Notes: generated from the sequence alone by a model not told the origin. Numbered from the stretch's first letter, positions 40,728 to 49,949 are shown. The stretch is 64,000 nucleotides of DNA from Thermoanaerobaculia bacterium (GCA_963816185.1 CAWFJJ010000030.1:352001-416000), one strand, 5' to 3'. Translations and numbers: made by a program.

Positions 40728-41603
40728 GTGGCCCCGCCCCCGCGCCTCGTCTCGCGAACCGCCGCCGCGCTTTCGGAACGACGCGCCCGGCTCGACGCGC
40801 TTCTCGCGCGCGTGTCGGGCCCGCCCGGAGGCGAGATGCTCCACGACCTGCGCGTCTCTCTGCGGCGGATCGCCGCGCTCGCGCGCCTGACGAGCGATGT
40901 CCCGCGGAAGGGGGCCGGAAAGGCCCTGAGGGCCGCGGCCCGCGATCTTCGTCGCGCGCTCTCCGTGCGACGCACGCAGGACGTTGCGCGAAGGCTCCTC
41001 CTTGCGCGCTTCCGGAGCGATCCACGCCGCCGGACGGTCGCCGTGCGCCTCGCCGCCCGCCTCGCGAAGGAAGGCGATCCCGGGCCGTCGCCGGAGCGGA
41101 CGCGTGCGCTTCTCGCCCGGCTGCGCCGAGCCTTCACGAGGCGCGACCTCGCGTTCGCACGGCTGCACGACCCGCTCACCGGCACGGCGGACGCGGACGC
41201 GGAGAAGAACCTCGCGAAATCTGTCCGGCGCCGTCTCCGTCGCGCCGCGAAGAGGCTGCGCGACGCCGGAACGCCCGGCCCGGCGGGACTTCACCCGGCC
41301 CGCATCATCGCCCGCGACCTCCGCTACGGGCTCGAGTTCGCCGGCGACGCGATGCCGGGTCCGGAAAAGCTCGTCCCGCTGCTCGCGGAGTTCCAGGACG
41401 CGGCGGGGCATGCTCACGATCTCGCCGAGCTCATCGCCGAAGTCCGGCGCCTCGCCGGAAGGTCCCGAGCCGCCGAGCGACGCGAAGCCCTTCGCCTCCT
41501 GCCCTCGCTGCTCGCGGCCGAGGAGCGCGCGGTCGCTCGCGCCCAGAGGTCTTCGCGGCGACTCCTCGCCCGGCTCGACCTCTCGGACCTCGAATGGTCC
41601 TGA
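40728..41603 (+). CDS. CHAD-domain protein
   Basis: LHDLRVSLRR, LHPARIIARDLRYGLE, FQDAAGHAHD. Confidence 0.82.
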   Translation: MAPPPRLVSRTAAALSERRARLDALLARVSGPPGGEMLHDLRVSLRRIAALARLTSDVPRKGAGKALRAAARDLRRALSVRRTQDVARRLLLARFRSDPRRRTVAVRLAARLAKEGDPGPSPERTRALLARLRRAFTRRDLAFARLHDPLTGTADADAEKNLAKSVRRRLRRAAKRLRDAGTPGPAGLHPARIIARDLRYGLEFAGDAMPGPEKLVPLLAEFQDAAGHAHDLAELIAEVRRLAGRSRAAERREALRLLPSLLAAEERAVARAQRSSRRLLARLDLSDLEWS

Positions 41604-41631
41604 CGCGCCTCGACCTCGCGCGCCCGTCGTC

Positions 41632-42276
41632 GTGACGAGGACTCCGAACCCTCCCGCGGTCATTCCGGTCGCGCGCGTCGCGTCGCCGGAGGGCGTCGTG
41701 TCACGGCCGCCCCATGGTCTCACCGACGTCGGCGGAGCGTCGGAGATTTCGCTCACGACCACTGTGCGTTTCGCCTCGACGCGCGACGCCTTCGTCGCCC
41801 TCTTCGAGGCCACCGCCGACCCTCCGCTGACCATCCAGCGCCTCGACGACGAGGACGTCTTCCTCGACGACTGCGTGGAGCTCTTCCTCGCCTCACCCCT
41901 CGCGCCCAGCGAATACGAGGAGATCGTCGTGAACCCGCGCGGCGCTTGCTACACCGCACACATCGTGAACCCCGACGAAAGCCGCGAGACATGGAGGGTC
42001 TCGCGCGGACGCGCGTCAGCCGCGATCTCGATCGGCGTTCACGGTGTCCCGGCCGGGCGACCCGCCGCGGAGTGGGCGCAATGGACCTGCCGGCTGGCCG
42101 TGGCGTGGACGTCTCTTCCCTCGGGCCGTGCGCCCGTCGAAGGAGAAGAGCGCCGGGGAAACGCCTACCGGATCGCGCGCGGGCGCACGACGCGCTATCT
42201 CGCCCTTTCTCCCACTCTCCGGTCGAGCCCGCCGGACTTCCACGTTCCGAGCCGGTTCGCCCGCTTCGTCTTCTGA
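41632..42276 (+). CDS. CBM9-like carbohydrate-binding/DOMON-like protein (start uncertain)
   Basis: DDCVELFL..YEEIVVNPRG..GNAYRI..DFHVPSRF. Confidence 0.7.
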   Translation: MTRTPNPPAVIPVARVASPEGVVSRPPHGLTDVGGASEISLTTTVRFASTRDAFVALFEATADPPLTIQRLDDEDVFLDDCVELFLASPLAPSEYEEIVVNPRGACYTAHIVNPDESRETWRVSRGRASAAISIGVHGVPAGRPAAEWAQWTCRLAVAWTSLPSGRAPVEGEERRGNAYRIARGRTTRYLALSPTLRSSPPDFHVPSRFARFVF

Positions 42277-42297
42277 GCGCGGCTCCCCTGCGAGCCC

Positions 42298-42717
42298 TCA
42301 ACCCTCCGTGTGTGATCCGTCGGTCCGGATGCCCTGCGCGGCGAGCCAGAGTTTGAGCTCTTCGCGGACGCACCGGTCGCGGAACACGAACCACGCCTTC
42401 TCGTCGTTCGGAAAAGTCAGGAGAACGTCGCGGAAGGCTCCAGGGCCGCCGGATTCGAGCGCGAGGAGCGCCTTTTCGCGCGCGGTGGCGCTCTCCATGC
42501 GCGGCGCGAACGCGCGGCACCGGGCTCCGTCGATCTCGCGCGTGGACTTCGGGATGCGAAGGTAGCGCCCCGACCGCTCGTGAAGAAGCGCCTCGCGCAA
42601 GTCCGGCGAGCCGTTCAAGTGGGCGTGCACTTCTCCCGTCGCGCGGTCGAGGAAGTGGTTCATGAGCGTCGATCGTGCCGCGAACGCGACCGTCAGGCCC
42701 TCCCAGTCGAGCTCCAT
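42298..42717 (-). CDS. UPF0158-family protein
   Basis: HFLDRATGEV, RYLRIP, GAFRDVL..WFVFR..WLAAQGI. Confidence 0.7.
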   Translation of the reverse strand: MELDWEGLTVAFAARSTLMNHFLDRATGEVHAHLNGSPDLREALLHERSGRYLRIPKSTREIDGARCRAFAPRMESATAREKALLALESGGPGAFRDVLLTFPNDEKAWFVFRDRCVREELKLWLAAQGIRTDGSHTEG

Positions 42718-42737
42718 CGGGCGAGTATCGTATCTCC

Positions 42738-43854
42738 GTGGATCCCGACCTCTTCCGGCGACACGCCGTCGCGCTGCGCCTCGCACGCTGGTATCGCCGA
42801 TCGAAGCGCGACTTGCCGTGGCGGAGGACGCGAGATCCGTACGCGATCTGGATTTCCGAGGTCATGCTCCAGCAGACGACCGTCGCGGTCGTCGCGAGAC
42901 GCTGGAAGCGGTTCCTTGCGCGCTTCCCCACGGCGAAGGCGCTCGCCAGGGCGCCCGAGCGCGCGGTCCTCGCCGAGTGGAGCGGCCTCGGGTACTACGC
43001 GCGCGCGCGGAATCTGCACCGCGCGGCCAGGATCGTCGCGGCGGCCGGCACATTTCCACGCACGCTCGAAGGCTGGCGGGAGCTGCCCGGCGTCGGGGCC
43101 TACACGGGCGCGGCGGTGGCCTCGATCGCCTTCGGCGTTCCCGCCGCGGTGGTGGACGGTAACGTCGTGCGCGTCATCTGCCGATTGCTCGGCCTCAGGC
43201 TCGATCCGAAGGCGCCGCGATCGCTCGCGCGCGTGAGGTCGGAGGTGCAGGCGCTCATGCCGGCTCGCGGGGCTGGTGACCACAACCAGGCCCTCATGGA
43301 GCTGGGGGCGCTCGTCTGCACACCCCGCGCGCCGCGGTGCGGCGCGTGCCCGCTCCGCGGCGCGTGCCGCGCCGCGGCGAGTGGGAAGCGCGGAAGGCTT
43401 CCCACGAGCTCCACGACGGGTGAAGCCCAGATCGATTCATCTCGTCGCGGGGATCGTCGAGAGGGAGAAGAGAATCTTGCTCGTAGAAGACAAGATCCTC
43501 GTCGAGGGCCATCTTTGCGTTCCGATGTTCGAGGTTCGCAACGGGCAGCGGTCTGCAAATGTTCTTAGCAGGGGGTGGGAGCGAATCGCGCATCGAAAGG
43601 CCGCCGCGCTCGAGCCGGTGGCCACGCTCAGACACTCGGTATTGAATCGTCGCTATCTCGTTTCTCTATTTACCTTCAAAGAAAAAACGCCCGAGCCCTC
43701 GCGCAGCCGACGACCCGGAGCGGACGAACCGTCGCTTTCCGTGCCCATCCCTCCGAGCCGCATTTCCCTCCTCTCTCCGAGCCAGATCTCCCGGCGCGCC
43801 CACGGTGGCCTGCTCCTGAAGGTGCTGGCGGCCTGGCGGGAGCACGGACGCTGA
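42738..43854 (+). CDS. mutY: A/G-specific adenine glycosylase MutY, frameshift near 43390 before the NUDIX-like domain
   Basis: RDLPWR..WISEVMLQQT, WSGLGYYARARNL, LPGVGAYT, VDGNVVRV, CTPRAPRCGACPLRGAC; C-terminus continues in ORF 43276..43854. Confidence 0.85.
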
Positions 43855-43877
43855 CGGCTCGGCTATTCTCGCAGCGC

Positions 43878-45731
43878 ATGTCGCGACGCGTGGGCAGGAC
43901 GCCGAAACCGGCGCCGGAGGAGTCCGCTGACTCGCAGACGAACGCCCCGGCGCTCGTCCTCGTCGGGATTCTCGCGGCACTCGCCCTTCCTTTTCTCGTC
44001 TTTTCGACGGCTTCCAGCGAGGCCCTTCGCGAGACGAAGCTCCTCGTGCAGGCGCTCGGGGCGGCTCTCGCGATGTTCGGCCTCGCGCGGAGCGGAACCC
44101 TCCCGTCCTTTGGACGAGGGCGAGCCGCGCGCATGGTCATCCTCGGAATCTTCGCGACTCTCGCTCTCACGCTCCTGTCGGGTCTCGCGAACGCGGACAT
44201 CGTGGACCCTCTGACGGCCGTCGCCATCCTCTCCCCGCTCGCGCTCCTCCTCGCCGGTACATCCCAGCCGGGCGGGCGCGCGGCATCCGCCGCGGCGATC
44301 GCGCTGATGGTTGCCGGCGCCGCCACCGGCGCCCTCGCGGCCCTCCAGCGCTGGGCGGGCCTCTTCCGGCTGCCCCTCGAGGTTCCGGAGCCCCGGTTTC
44401 TGGCGGCGGGCCTCATCGGGAACGCGGGGGACGTCGGGATGGCTCTCGTCGTGCCCGCCCTGCTCCTTTTCACGCGGGCGGCGGAGCCGGGAACGAGCGC
44501 CCGAGCGAAAAGCCTCGCGGCGCTCGGCCTTCTGGCGATTCTTCTCGGCCTCGTGGCGACCGAGGCCGTCGCGCCGGCGCTCGCATTCGGTGGGGGCGTC
44601 GCGGTCTTCGTCGCGCTCGACTTCCGGCGGCGCGCTCTCGCTCTCTCGTCCCTCGTCGTGGCGGCGCTCCTCGCAGTCGCGACCGGAGCGGGGCGTCGCT
44701 TCCTCGTGAAGGTCGACGAGTTCCGCCGCGGCGACCTGGCGTCCGCCACGACGCAGCGCGACATCGGTCTCCTCGCGGGGAGAGAAATGATCCGCGAGCG
44801 ACCCCTCCTCGGAGCGGGACCCGGGGCCTTCTCGAATCGATTCGTTCCCGCGCGTCTCGCGGCGGAGAAGCGCACGAGGCGCCATCTCGTGCACCGAAGC
44901 GGCTCGGCTCACTTCGACAATGCGCACAACGAGCCTGTCACCCTCGCGGCCGAGACCGGCGTGCCCGCCGCGATTGCCAGCGTGGTTGCCTCTTGCGCGC
45001 TTTTCGTGGGACTTCTCGCCCGCCGCAAGCTCGCGCCAACGGCCTCCGGCGGCGACTCGATCGACTCTCTCTTCTCCACGCTCTTCGCCGTTGCGCTTCT
45101 GTCTCTCGGCGACTTCCCGTTCCGGATCGCCGTCGCCTCGGGGCCTGTCGCTTTCTTCGCGGGCGTCGCGCTTCGTCGGGTCGCAGGCGATCAGGGAAAG
45201 CCGGAGATTCCCGCGCGCGGTTCCCGCGTCCTCTTCGCGACGCTTGCCCTGTTGCTCGTCGCTCTCGCGGCCTTGCGATCCCTTGCGACGTTCACTCAGG
45301 CGGATGGGGAGACCCTTCTGCGCGAAGCAGCGTCGGCCCCCGAGGACGCTGAATCCCAGAAGGCGGAGCTTCTCTCTGCGGCCGACGCGCGTCTCGCGCG
45401 TACCGTCGCCCTTCGGCCGCGCTCGGCCACGGCTCTTCTCGCCTGGGGTTCGGTGCAATCGCTGCAGGGTGAGCGCGAGCTCGCGTACGCGCTCTACGCG
45501 CGTTCGGTCCGGCTCGAAGAGCGCGCCGAAAGCGATTTGAATCTCGGCCGTGCCGCGGCGGCCCTCGGGCGAAGCCAGGAAGCACGGGCGCTTCTCGTAC
45601 GCTCCGTCTGGATCCAGCCGCGCCTTTTGGACGACGTGCCGCCCGGCGAACGGGATGCGGTCGCTGCCGCCGTCGCGTCTGCCGAGAAAGCTCTCACCCG
45701 CGGCGGAACGGTTCCCGCCGGGCCGCCTTAG
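43878..45731 (+). CDS. O-antigen ligase/Wzy_C-like membrane protein with C-terminal TPR
   Basis: Many TM; GLIGN, RPLLGAGPGAF, NAHNEPVTLAAETG; TPR-like tail. Confidence 0.82.
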   Translation: MSRRVGRTPKPAPEESADSQTNAPALVLVGILAALALPFLVFSTASSEALRETKLLVQALGAALAMFGLARSGTLPSFGRGRAARMVILGIFATLALTLLSGLANADIVDPLTAVAILSPLALLLAGTSQPGGRAASAAAIALMVAGAATGALAALQRWAGLFRLPLEVPEPRFLAAGLIGNAGDVGMALVVPALLLFTRAAEPGTSARAKSLAALGLLAILLGLVATEAVAPALAFGGGVAVFVALDFRRRALALSSLVVAALLAVATGAGRRFLVKVDEFRRGDLASATTQRDIGLLAGREMIRERPLLGAGPGAFSNRFVPARLAAEKRTRRHLVHRSGSAHFDNAHNEPVTLAAETGVPAAIASVVASCALFVGLLARRKLAPTASGGDSIDSLFSTLFAVALLSLGDFPFRIAVASGPVAFFAGVALRRVAGDQGKPEIPARGSRVLFATLALLLVALAALRSLATFTQADGETLLREAASAPEDAESQKAELLSAADARLARTVALRPRSATALLAWGSVQSLQGERELAYALYARSVRLEERAESDLNLGRAAAALGRSQEARALLVRSVWIQPRLLDDVPPGERDAVAAAVASAEKALTRGGTVPAGPP

Positions 45732-45733
45732 AT

Positions 45734-45820
45734 TCTCTTAGAAGGTGAATGAGCGCACGCCGCTCGAATCGCCGCGCCGCCATGTCGATCTGCCCCGACC
45801 CCACTCACCCTTCTAAGAAA
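45734..45820. repeat. Inverted-end dispersed element, copy C (intergenic, before the ku promoter)
   Basis: TCTTAGAAGGTGAATG ... CACTCACCCTTCTAAGAAA. Confidence 0.72.
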
Positions 45821-45835
45821 TTCTTCTTCCAACAA

Positions 45836-45850
45836 CGGCACGTTCGTTGC
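45836..45850 (+). promoter_or_regulatory. sigma54 -24/-12 motif for ku
   Basis: CGGCACGTTCGTTGC, then GGGAGGAGG RBS. Confidence 0.7.
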
Positions 45851-45872
45851 GAGCAGAAGGGAGGAGGTCTCG

Positions 45873-46737
45873 ATGCGCTCCACGAAGAGAAAACCTCACG
45901 CAGAGAGCGCTTCGCGCACGGCTCGGCGTGCAGTCTGGAAGGGCCGCATCTCGTTCGGGCTCGTGGGGATCCCGGTCGAGCTCGTGCCGGCCGTGGATGC
46001 CAGGGAGCATCTCGGTTTCCACCTCTTGCATCGCAAGGACCTCGCTCCCATCCGATACCGGAAATTCTGCAGCCAGGAAGATGTCGAGGTTTCGGATGAC
46101 GAGGTGGTGCGGGGATACGAGGCGTCGAAGGGGAAGTGGGCTGTCGTGGAGAAGGACGAGCTCGCCGCCGCGCGCACGGACGCGGGAGCGGGCACGGAGG
46201 CACACACGCTCGAGATCCTCTCGTTCCTGGGCACGGGACGCATCGACCCGTTGACGTTCGACCAGCCCTACTACCTCGTCCCGGACGAGGGCGGAGCCCG
46301 GCCCTTTGCCGTCTTTCGCAACGCGCTGGCGGCCTCGGACCGCGTCGGCCTCGGCCGCCTGAGGCTGCGGAGCCGCGAGCATCTGGCGGCTGTGATCGTG
46401 ATCCCGCACGGACTCGTCGCGATTCTGCTCAGGCCGTTCGAGGAAGTTGCCGCGGCGCCGTCGGCGGGGTCTCTGTCCGCGGGAACCGGAGAAATCAAGA
46501 TGGCGCGCCTCCTGATTGACCAGATGTCGGAGGAGGCGCTCGATCCGGCGAAGTACCCCGATCGGTATCGATCGGCGCTCAAGAAGCTGCTCGCCAAGAA
46601 GGGAGCCGTCGCCGGCACCGGCCGCAGCCGAGGGCCAGCCGGAGAAAGAGGGCCGTGTGATCGACTTGATGGAGGCGTTGCGCGCGAGCGTGGCTCGCCG
46701 CGGGGGCAAATCTCCGCGCAAGAGGCACGTCGCATAG
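45873..46737 (+). CDS. ku: NHEJ Ku protein, frameshift near 46600
   Basis: AVWKGRISFGLVGIPV, VVRGYE, FDQPYYLVP, YPDRYR; C-terminal VIDLMEALRAS lies in another frame. Confidence 0.87.
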
Positions 46738-46767
46738 GGGGCGACCGCGAAAGACACGGGAGGATCT

Positions 46768-46971
46768 ATGGCAGCGAGGAAATCTTCCAGACGGTACGGC
46801 AAGAAGGCGGGGGAGAAAGTGGAGCGCGCGATGCGTGAGATGAAGCAAGGCAAGCTGAAGTCCGGTCGTTCACACAAGACGGTCCGAAGCCGGAAGCAGG
46901 CGATCGCGATCGGGCTTTCCGAGGCGCGCGAGGCGGGCGGGAAGGTCCCGCCCGCCCCGAAGAGCAGCTGA
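46768..46971 (+). CDS. Small basic DUF6496-like protein
   Basis: GGAGG RBS; KVERAMREMKQGKLKSG..RKQAIAIGLSEAR. Confidence 0.8.
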   Translation: MAARKSSRRYGKKAGEKVERAMREMKQGKLKSGRSHKTVRSRKQAIAIGLSEAREAGGKVPPAPKSS

Positions 46972-46984
46972 CGACCGGGAGGTC

Positions 46985-47578
46985 TCAGCCCTTCTTCTCT
47001 CCGTCGAACGACACCAGGAGGTGCGCGAGGTCGTCCGCGTGCTCCTCCTCCTGGCCGAGAATCCATTCGAACAGGCGCCGCGTCGTGGGGTCGTCCTCGC
47101 CGACGAATGCGATCATCTCCTTGTAGGACTCGATCGCGACGCGTTCGGCCACGAGGTCCTCGCGGATCATGTCCACGAGCGACGCGCCTTCCTGATACTC
47201 CGTCTGACTCTTCGAGAGCAGACCCGCGGGGTTCAGGTCCGGCTCTCCCCCGAGCTGTCGGATCCTCTCCGAGATCCTGTCCGCGTGCGCCTGCTCCTCG
47301 GTCGCGTGCTCGAGGAACTCCGTCTTCACCGGATCGGCGTGAATGCCGTCGGCCATGAAGTAGTGCCTCTTGTAGCGCAGCACGCAGACGATCTCGGTCG
47401 CAAGGGCGACGTTCAGGATCTTCACGACATTCTCGAGGTCGGCGCGATAGCCGGGCGTGACCGCTCCCTCCTCGATCTCGCGTCGTGCGCGCCGTCGCAG
47501 CTCGACGACGTCGCTCAGAAAGGCGGCTTCCGCGATGCTCTTCTTCGGGCCTTCGGCCCGCTTCGCAGCGTGATTCAT
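46985..47578 (-). CDS. Ferritin/bacterioferritin-like protein
   Basis: ALATEIVCVLRYKRH, EEQAHAD, EDLVAERVAI, EEEHADD di-iron motifs. Confidence 0.9.
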   Translation of the reverse strand: MNHAAKRAEGPKKSIAEAAFLSDVVELRRRARREIEEGAVTPGYRADLENVVKILNVALATEIVCVLRYKRHYFMADGIHADPVKTEFLEHATEEQAHADRISERIRQLGGEPDLNPAGLLSKSQTEYQEGASLVDMIREDLVAERVAIESYKEMIAFVGEDDPTTRRLFEWILGQEEEHADDLAHLLVSFDGEKKG

Positions 47579-47603
47579 GACAGTCCTCCCCGGTCAACAA
47601 GCA

Positions 47604-47618
47604 GCAACGGATGTGCCA
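47604..47618 (-). promoter_or_regulatory. sigma54 motif for the ferritin-like gene
   Basis: TGGCACATCCGTTGC, near-consensus. Confidence 0.75.
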
Positions 47619-47621
47619 CCG

Positions 47622-47658
47622 AAGAAAAGAAAAAGGGGACGTCGGCTACGACGTCCCC
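47622..47658 (-). terminator. Intrinsic terminator
   Basis: GGGGACGTCG-4nt-CGACGTCCCC followed by TTTTTCTTTT on the minus strand. Confidence 0.85.
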
Positions 47659-47689
47659 GACGAAGGAGCGGCGAGAGAGGCTCAGGCTC

Positions 47690-48025
47690 TCAGCTCGTGG
47701 GGTTCACGGTGAGCGTCTTGTTCCCGTTCGCATCCTTCGATTCGGTGATCTTCACCTTGGAGCCGACGGCTACTGCCGGGTCGACGGTGGTGTTCACGGA
47801 CTGAGAGTCGAGATCGAACGAACGCGTCTTCTTTCCGACGAGGACCTTGATCTCCTTCCCGGCCTGGTACTCCTTGACGGTCCCGACGACGATGTGGTCC
47901 TTCGACTTCATCGTGCCCTCCGTCGTCTTCACCTTCTTCTCGTCGGTCCTTTCCATCTGACCGAAGGCGGCCGTTCCGCCGAGGAGAAGGACCGAAACGG
48001 CGGAAGCGAAAAACTTGCGATTCAT
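47690..48025 (-). CDS. Small exported Lys/Thr-rich protein (OB-fold-like)
   Basis: GGAGG RBS, signal peptide MNRKFFASAVSVLLLGGTAAFG. Confidence 0.75.
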   Translation of the reverse strand: MNRKFFASAVSVLLLGGTAAFGQMERTDEKKVKTTEGTMKSKDHIVVGTVKEYQAGKEIKVLVGKKTRSFDLDSQSVNTTVDPAVAVGSKVKITESKDANGNKTLTVNPTS

Positions 48026-48048
48026 TCTTACCTCCCGAGACTTCGACT

Positions 48049-48063
48049 GCACCCTCCGTGCCA
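48049..48063 (-). promoter_or_regulatory. sigma54 motif for the 47690..48025 gene
   Basis: TGGCACGGAGGGTGC. Confidence 0.6.
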
Positions 48064-48065
48064 GG

Positions 48066-48683
48066 TCACGCCAGCGCCGACACGTGAACCTGCGCCCGCG
48101 CTGTCTCGAAGCGGTGAGTCGCGAGACCCCAGTCCGCCGCCGCGAGGAAAGCGTCGATGTACTCCGCGCGCTTCGTGCCGTAATCCATCATGAACGCGTG
48201 CTCGAAGACGTCCATCAGGAGCAGCACCGGGCACCCGGCGAGCTGGCCGCGGTCGTGCTCGTCGATCCAGACGTTGAAGAGCCGGCGCGCCTCCGCGTCC
48301 CAGACGAGCGCGGCCCAGCCAATTCCCCGGAGGCTTCCGGTCGCGCGAAACTCCTTCTCCCAGGCATCGTGCGAGCCGAAGTCGCGAGTGATCTGCGCCC
48401 CAAGGCCGGCAGCCTTTTCCAGATTCGTCCGGGTTTTTGTCAGATTTCCAAAGTACATCTCGTGAAGCCGCATCCCGTTCCACTCCCAGCCGAAGCGGCG
48501 CTTGAGCTCGGACCAGTAGGGAGCAGGCGGCTTGCCGGGTGAAGCTGATTCCAGCTCATCGTGAAGGGCGTTTGTGTTCTTCACGTACCCGCGGTAGAGC
48601 TCGAAGTGTTGCGTCAGAAGAGCGTCGCTGAATCCAGGCGTACCGAGGAGCCGCGTGAAATCCTGTGCCGAATAGAGAGCCAT
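48066..48683 (-). CDS. Fe/Mn superoxide dismutase family protein (ChrC-like)
   Basis: QHFELYRGY, LHEMYF, GWAALVWD, LMDVFEHAFMMDYG. Confidence 0.88.
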   Translation of the reverse strand: MALYSAQDFTRLLGTPGFSDALLTQHFELYRGYVKNTNALHDELESASPGKPPAPYWSELKRRFGWEWNGMRLHEMYFGNLTKTRTNLEKAAGLGAQITRDFGSHDAWEKEFRATGSLRGIGWAALVWDAEARRLFNVWIDEHDRGQLAGCPVLLLMDVFEHAFMMDYGTKRAEYIDAFLAAADWGLATHRFETARAQVHVSALA

Positions 48684-48706
48684 GCCGTCCTCCTTCCCTC
48701 CTCACA

Positions 48707-48740
48707 GCACGATCCGTTCCATGCGCGGCACGGCTGTTGC
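48707..48740. promoter_or_regulatory. Back-to-back sigma54 motifs (SOD gene and first lmo0937-like gene)
   Basis: Minus: TGGAACGGATCGTGC (48721-48707); plus: CGGCACGGCTGTTGC (48726-48740). Confidence 0.65.
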
Positions 48741-48767
48741 TCAATCGAGGAGGAAGGAGGACGCAGC

Positions 48768-48920
48768 ATGCTTTGGACCATTTTCGTCATTCTCCTCGTC
48801 CTGTGGCTTCTCGGGATGGTGACGTCGTACACGATGGGCGGCTTCATCCACATCCTGCTCGTCATCGCGATCGTCGTCGTCCTCATCCGCATCATTCAAG
48901 GCCGACGGCCGGTCCTATGA
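48768..48920 (+). CDS. lmo0937-family small membrane protein, copy 1
   Basis: MLWTIFVILLVLWLLGMVTSYTMGGFIHILLVIAIVVVLIRIIQGRRPVL; AGGAGG RBS. Confidence 0.88.
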   Translation: MLWTIFVILLVLWLLGMVTSYTMGGFIHILLVIAIVVVLIRIIQGRRPVL

Positions 48921-49003
48921 ACGCGTGCCGCAGCGCCCCCGAGGCGAGATCACGCGGCGGACGCGCGGCACGCCGCTTGAGTAAGGCCTGAGAGGAGGGG
49001 CTC

Positions 49004-49219
49004 ATGCTTACCTTCCCGTTGCTCTCCGACGTTTACAGTGCGGTCCTGACCGCGACCGAATGTGGAGACTCCGAATCCCAAGGGCAATCCCAAGAGGACG
49101 AGGCACGTGGTCTGAACCCGGCGGACGCGCGTCCGGCCGGGCCAAATCCGCCGGACGACGACGAGGATCTCGAAACGGCGCCGACCCGGCCGCTGCGTCT
49201 CGACCGGCTCCGCCTGTGA
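49004..49219 (+). CDS. Small acidic hypothetical protein
   Basis: AGGAGGGG RBS; weak sigma54-like CGGCACGCCGCTTGA at 48966-48980. Confidence 0.5.
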   Translation: MLTFPLLSDVYSAVLTATECGDSESQGQSQEDEARGLNPADARPAGPNPPDDDEDLETAPTRPLRLDRLRL

Positions 49220-49234
49220 TACCCCGAGGGAGCC

Positions 49235-49249
49235 AGGCACGGCGGTTGC
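49235..49249 (+). promoter_or_regulatory. sigma54 motif for the second lmo0937-like gene
   Basis: AGGCACGGCGGTTGC. Confidence 0.68.
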
Positions 49250-49273
49250 CCCGTGCTTGCAGGAGGAAGAAAG

Positions 49274-49426
49274 ATGCTCTGGACCATTTTCGTGATCCTG
49301 CTCGTCCTGTGGCTTCTCGGCATGGTGACGTCGTACACGATCGGGGGCTTCATTCACATCCTGCTCGTCATCGCGATCGTCATCGTCCTCATCCGCATCA
49401 TTCAGGGCCGACGCCCCGTCCTCTGA
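49274..49426 (+). CDS. lmo0937-family small membrane protein, copy 2 (absent from the ORF track)
   Basis: MLWTIFVILLVLWLLGMVTSYTIGGFIHILLVIAIVIVLIRIIQGRRPVL; AGGAGG RBS. Confidence 0.88.
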   Translation: MLWTIFVILLVLWLLGMVTSYTIGGFIHILLVIAIVIVLIRIIQGRRPVL

Positions 49427-49574
49427 GCACGCGCGTCAAATGCGAGACCCGTCCCCCATCACTCATTCTCTGACCTCGCCGACCGCGCGGGCATGGCTGA
49501 ATTGCGAGGGTGATCCGTTCTCAGGCCACCGGGGTGCCCTTCCTCGTCGAACCATCCGGCGAACGTGACCCTTT

Positions 49575-49949
49575 TCAGGGCGACGGGTGCTGAGGACGGC
49601 AGTGCTCGCCCACGGTCGCGAGCAGCCGAACGGGGTCGACCGGCTTTCGCAGCCAGCCGACGGCCCCGATCTCTCTGGCGTCGTCCGCCGCCCGGGCATC
49701 TGCCGTACACACGACGATGGGAATCGACGCGAGGGCTTCGTCCTTGACCTGCTCTTTCCGAAACTGCCAGCCGTTCATTCCGGGCATGGTCATGTCGAGA
49801 AGAATGACGCTCGTCCTCTCGCCCGAGCGGAGCTCTGCGAGCGCCGACCGGCCGTCCGGCACGTGGACAGCCCGGTACCCCTCGCTTTCGAGGAGGCTCG
49901 CGAGCGCCTGCGCGATCGCTTCGTCGTCTTCGACGATGAGAATCTTCAC
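49575..49949 (-). CDS. Single-domain response regulator (REC only)
   Basis: KILIVEDD, ILLDMTMPGMNG, VVCTA, LRKP; GTGA overlap with the kinase. Confidence 0.9.
   Translation of the reverse strand: MKILIVEDDEAIAQALASLLESEGYRAVHVPDGRSALAELRSGERTSVILLDMTMPGMNGWQFRKEQVKDEALASIPIVVCTADARAADDAREIGAVGWLRKPVDPVRLLATVGEHCRPQHPSP

Noticed and set aside
46580-46640. Programmed frameshifting in ku (also mutY and the 28.2-kb gene)
   Set aside because: No convincing slippery heptamer with a stimulator; indel errors elsewhere are a simpler explanation
46723-46737. sigma54-like GGCACG before the DUF6496-like gene
   Set aside because: -12 element absent (ATAG instead of TTGC); probably co-transcribed with ku
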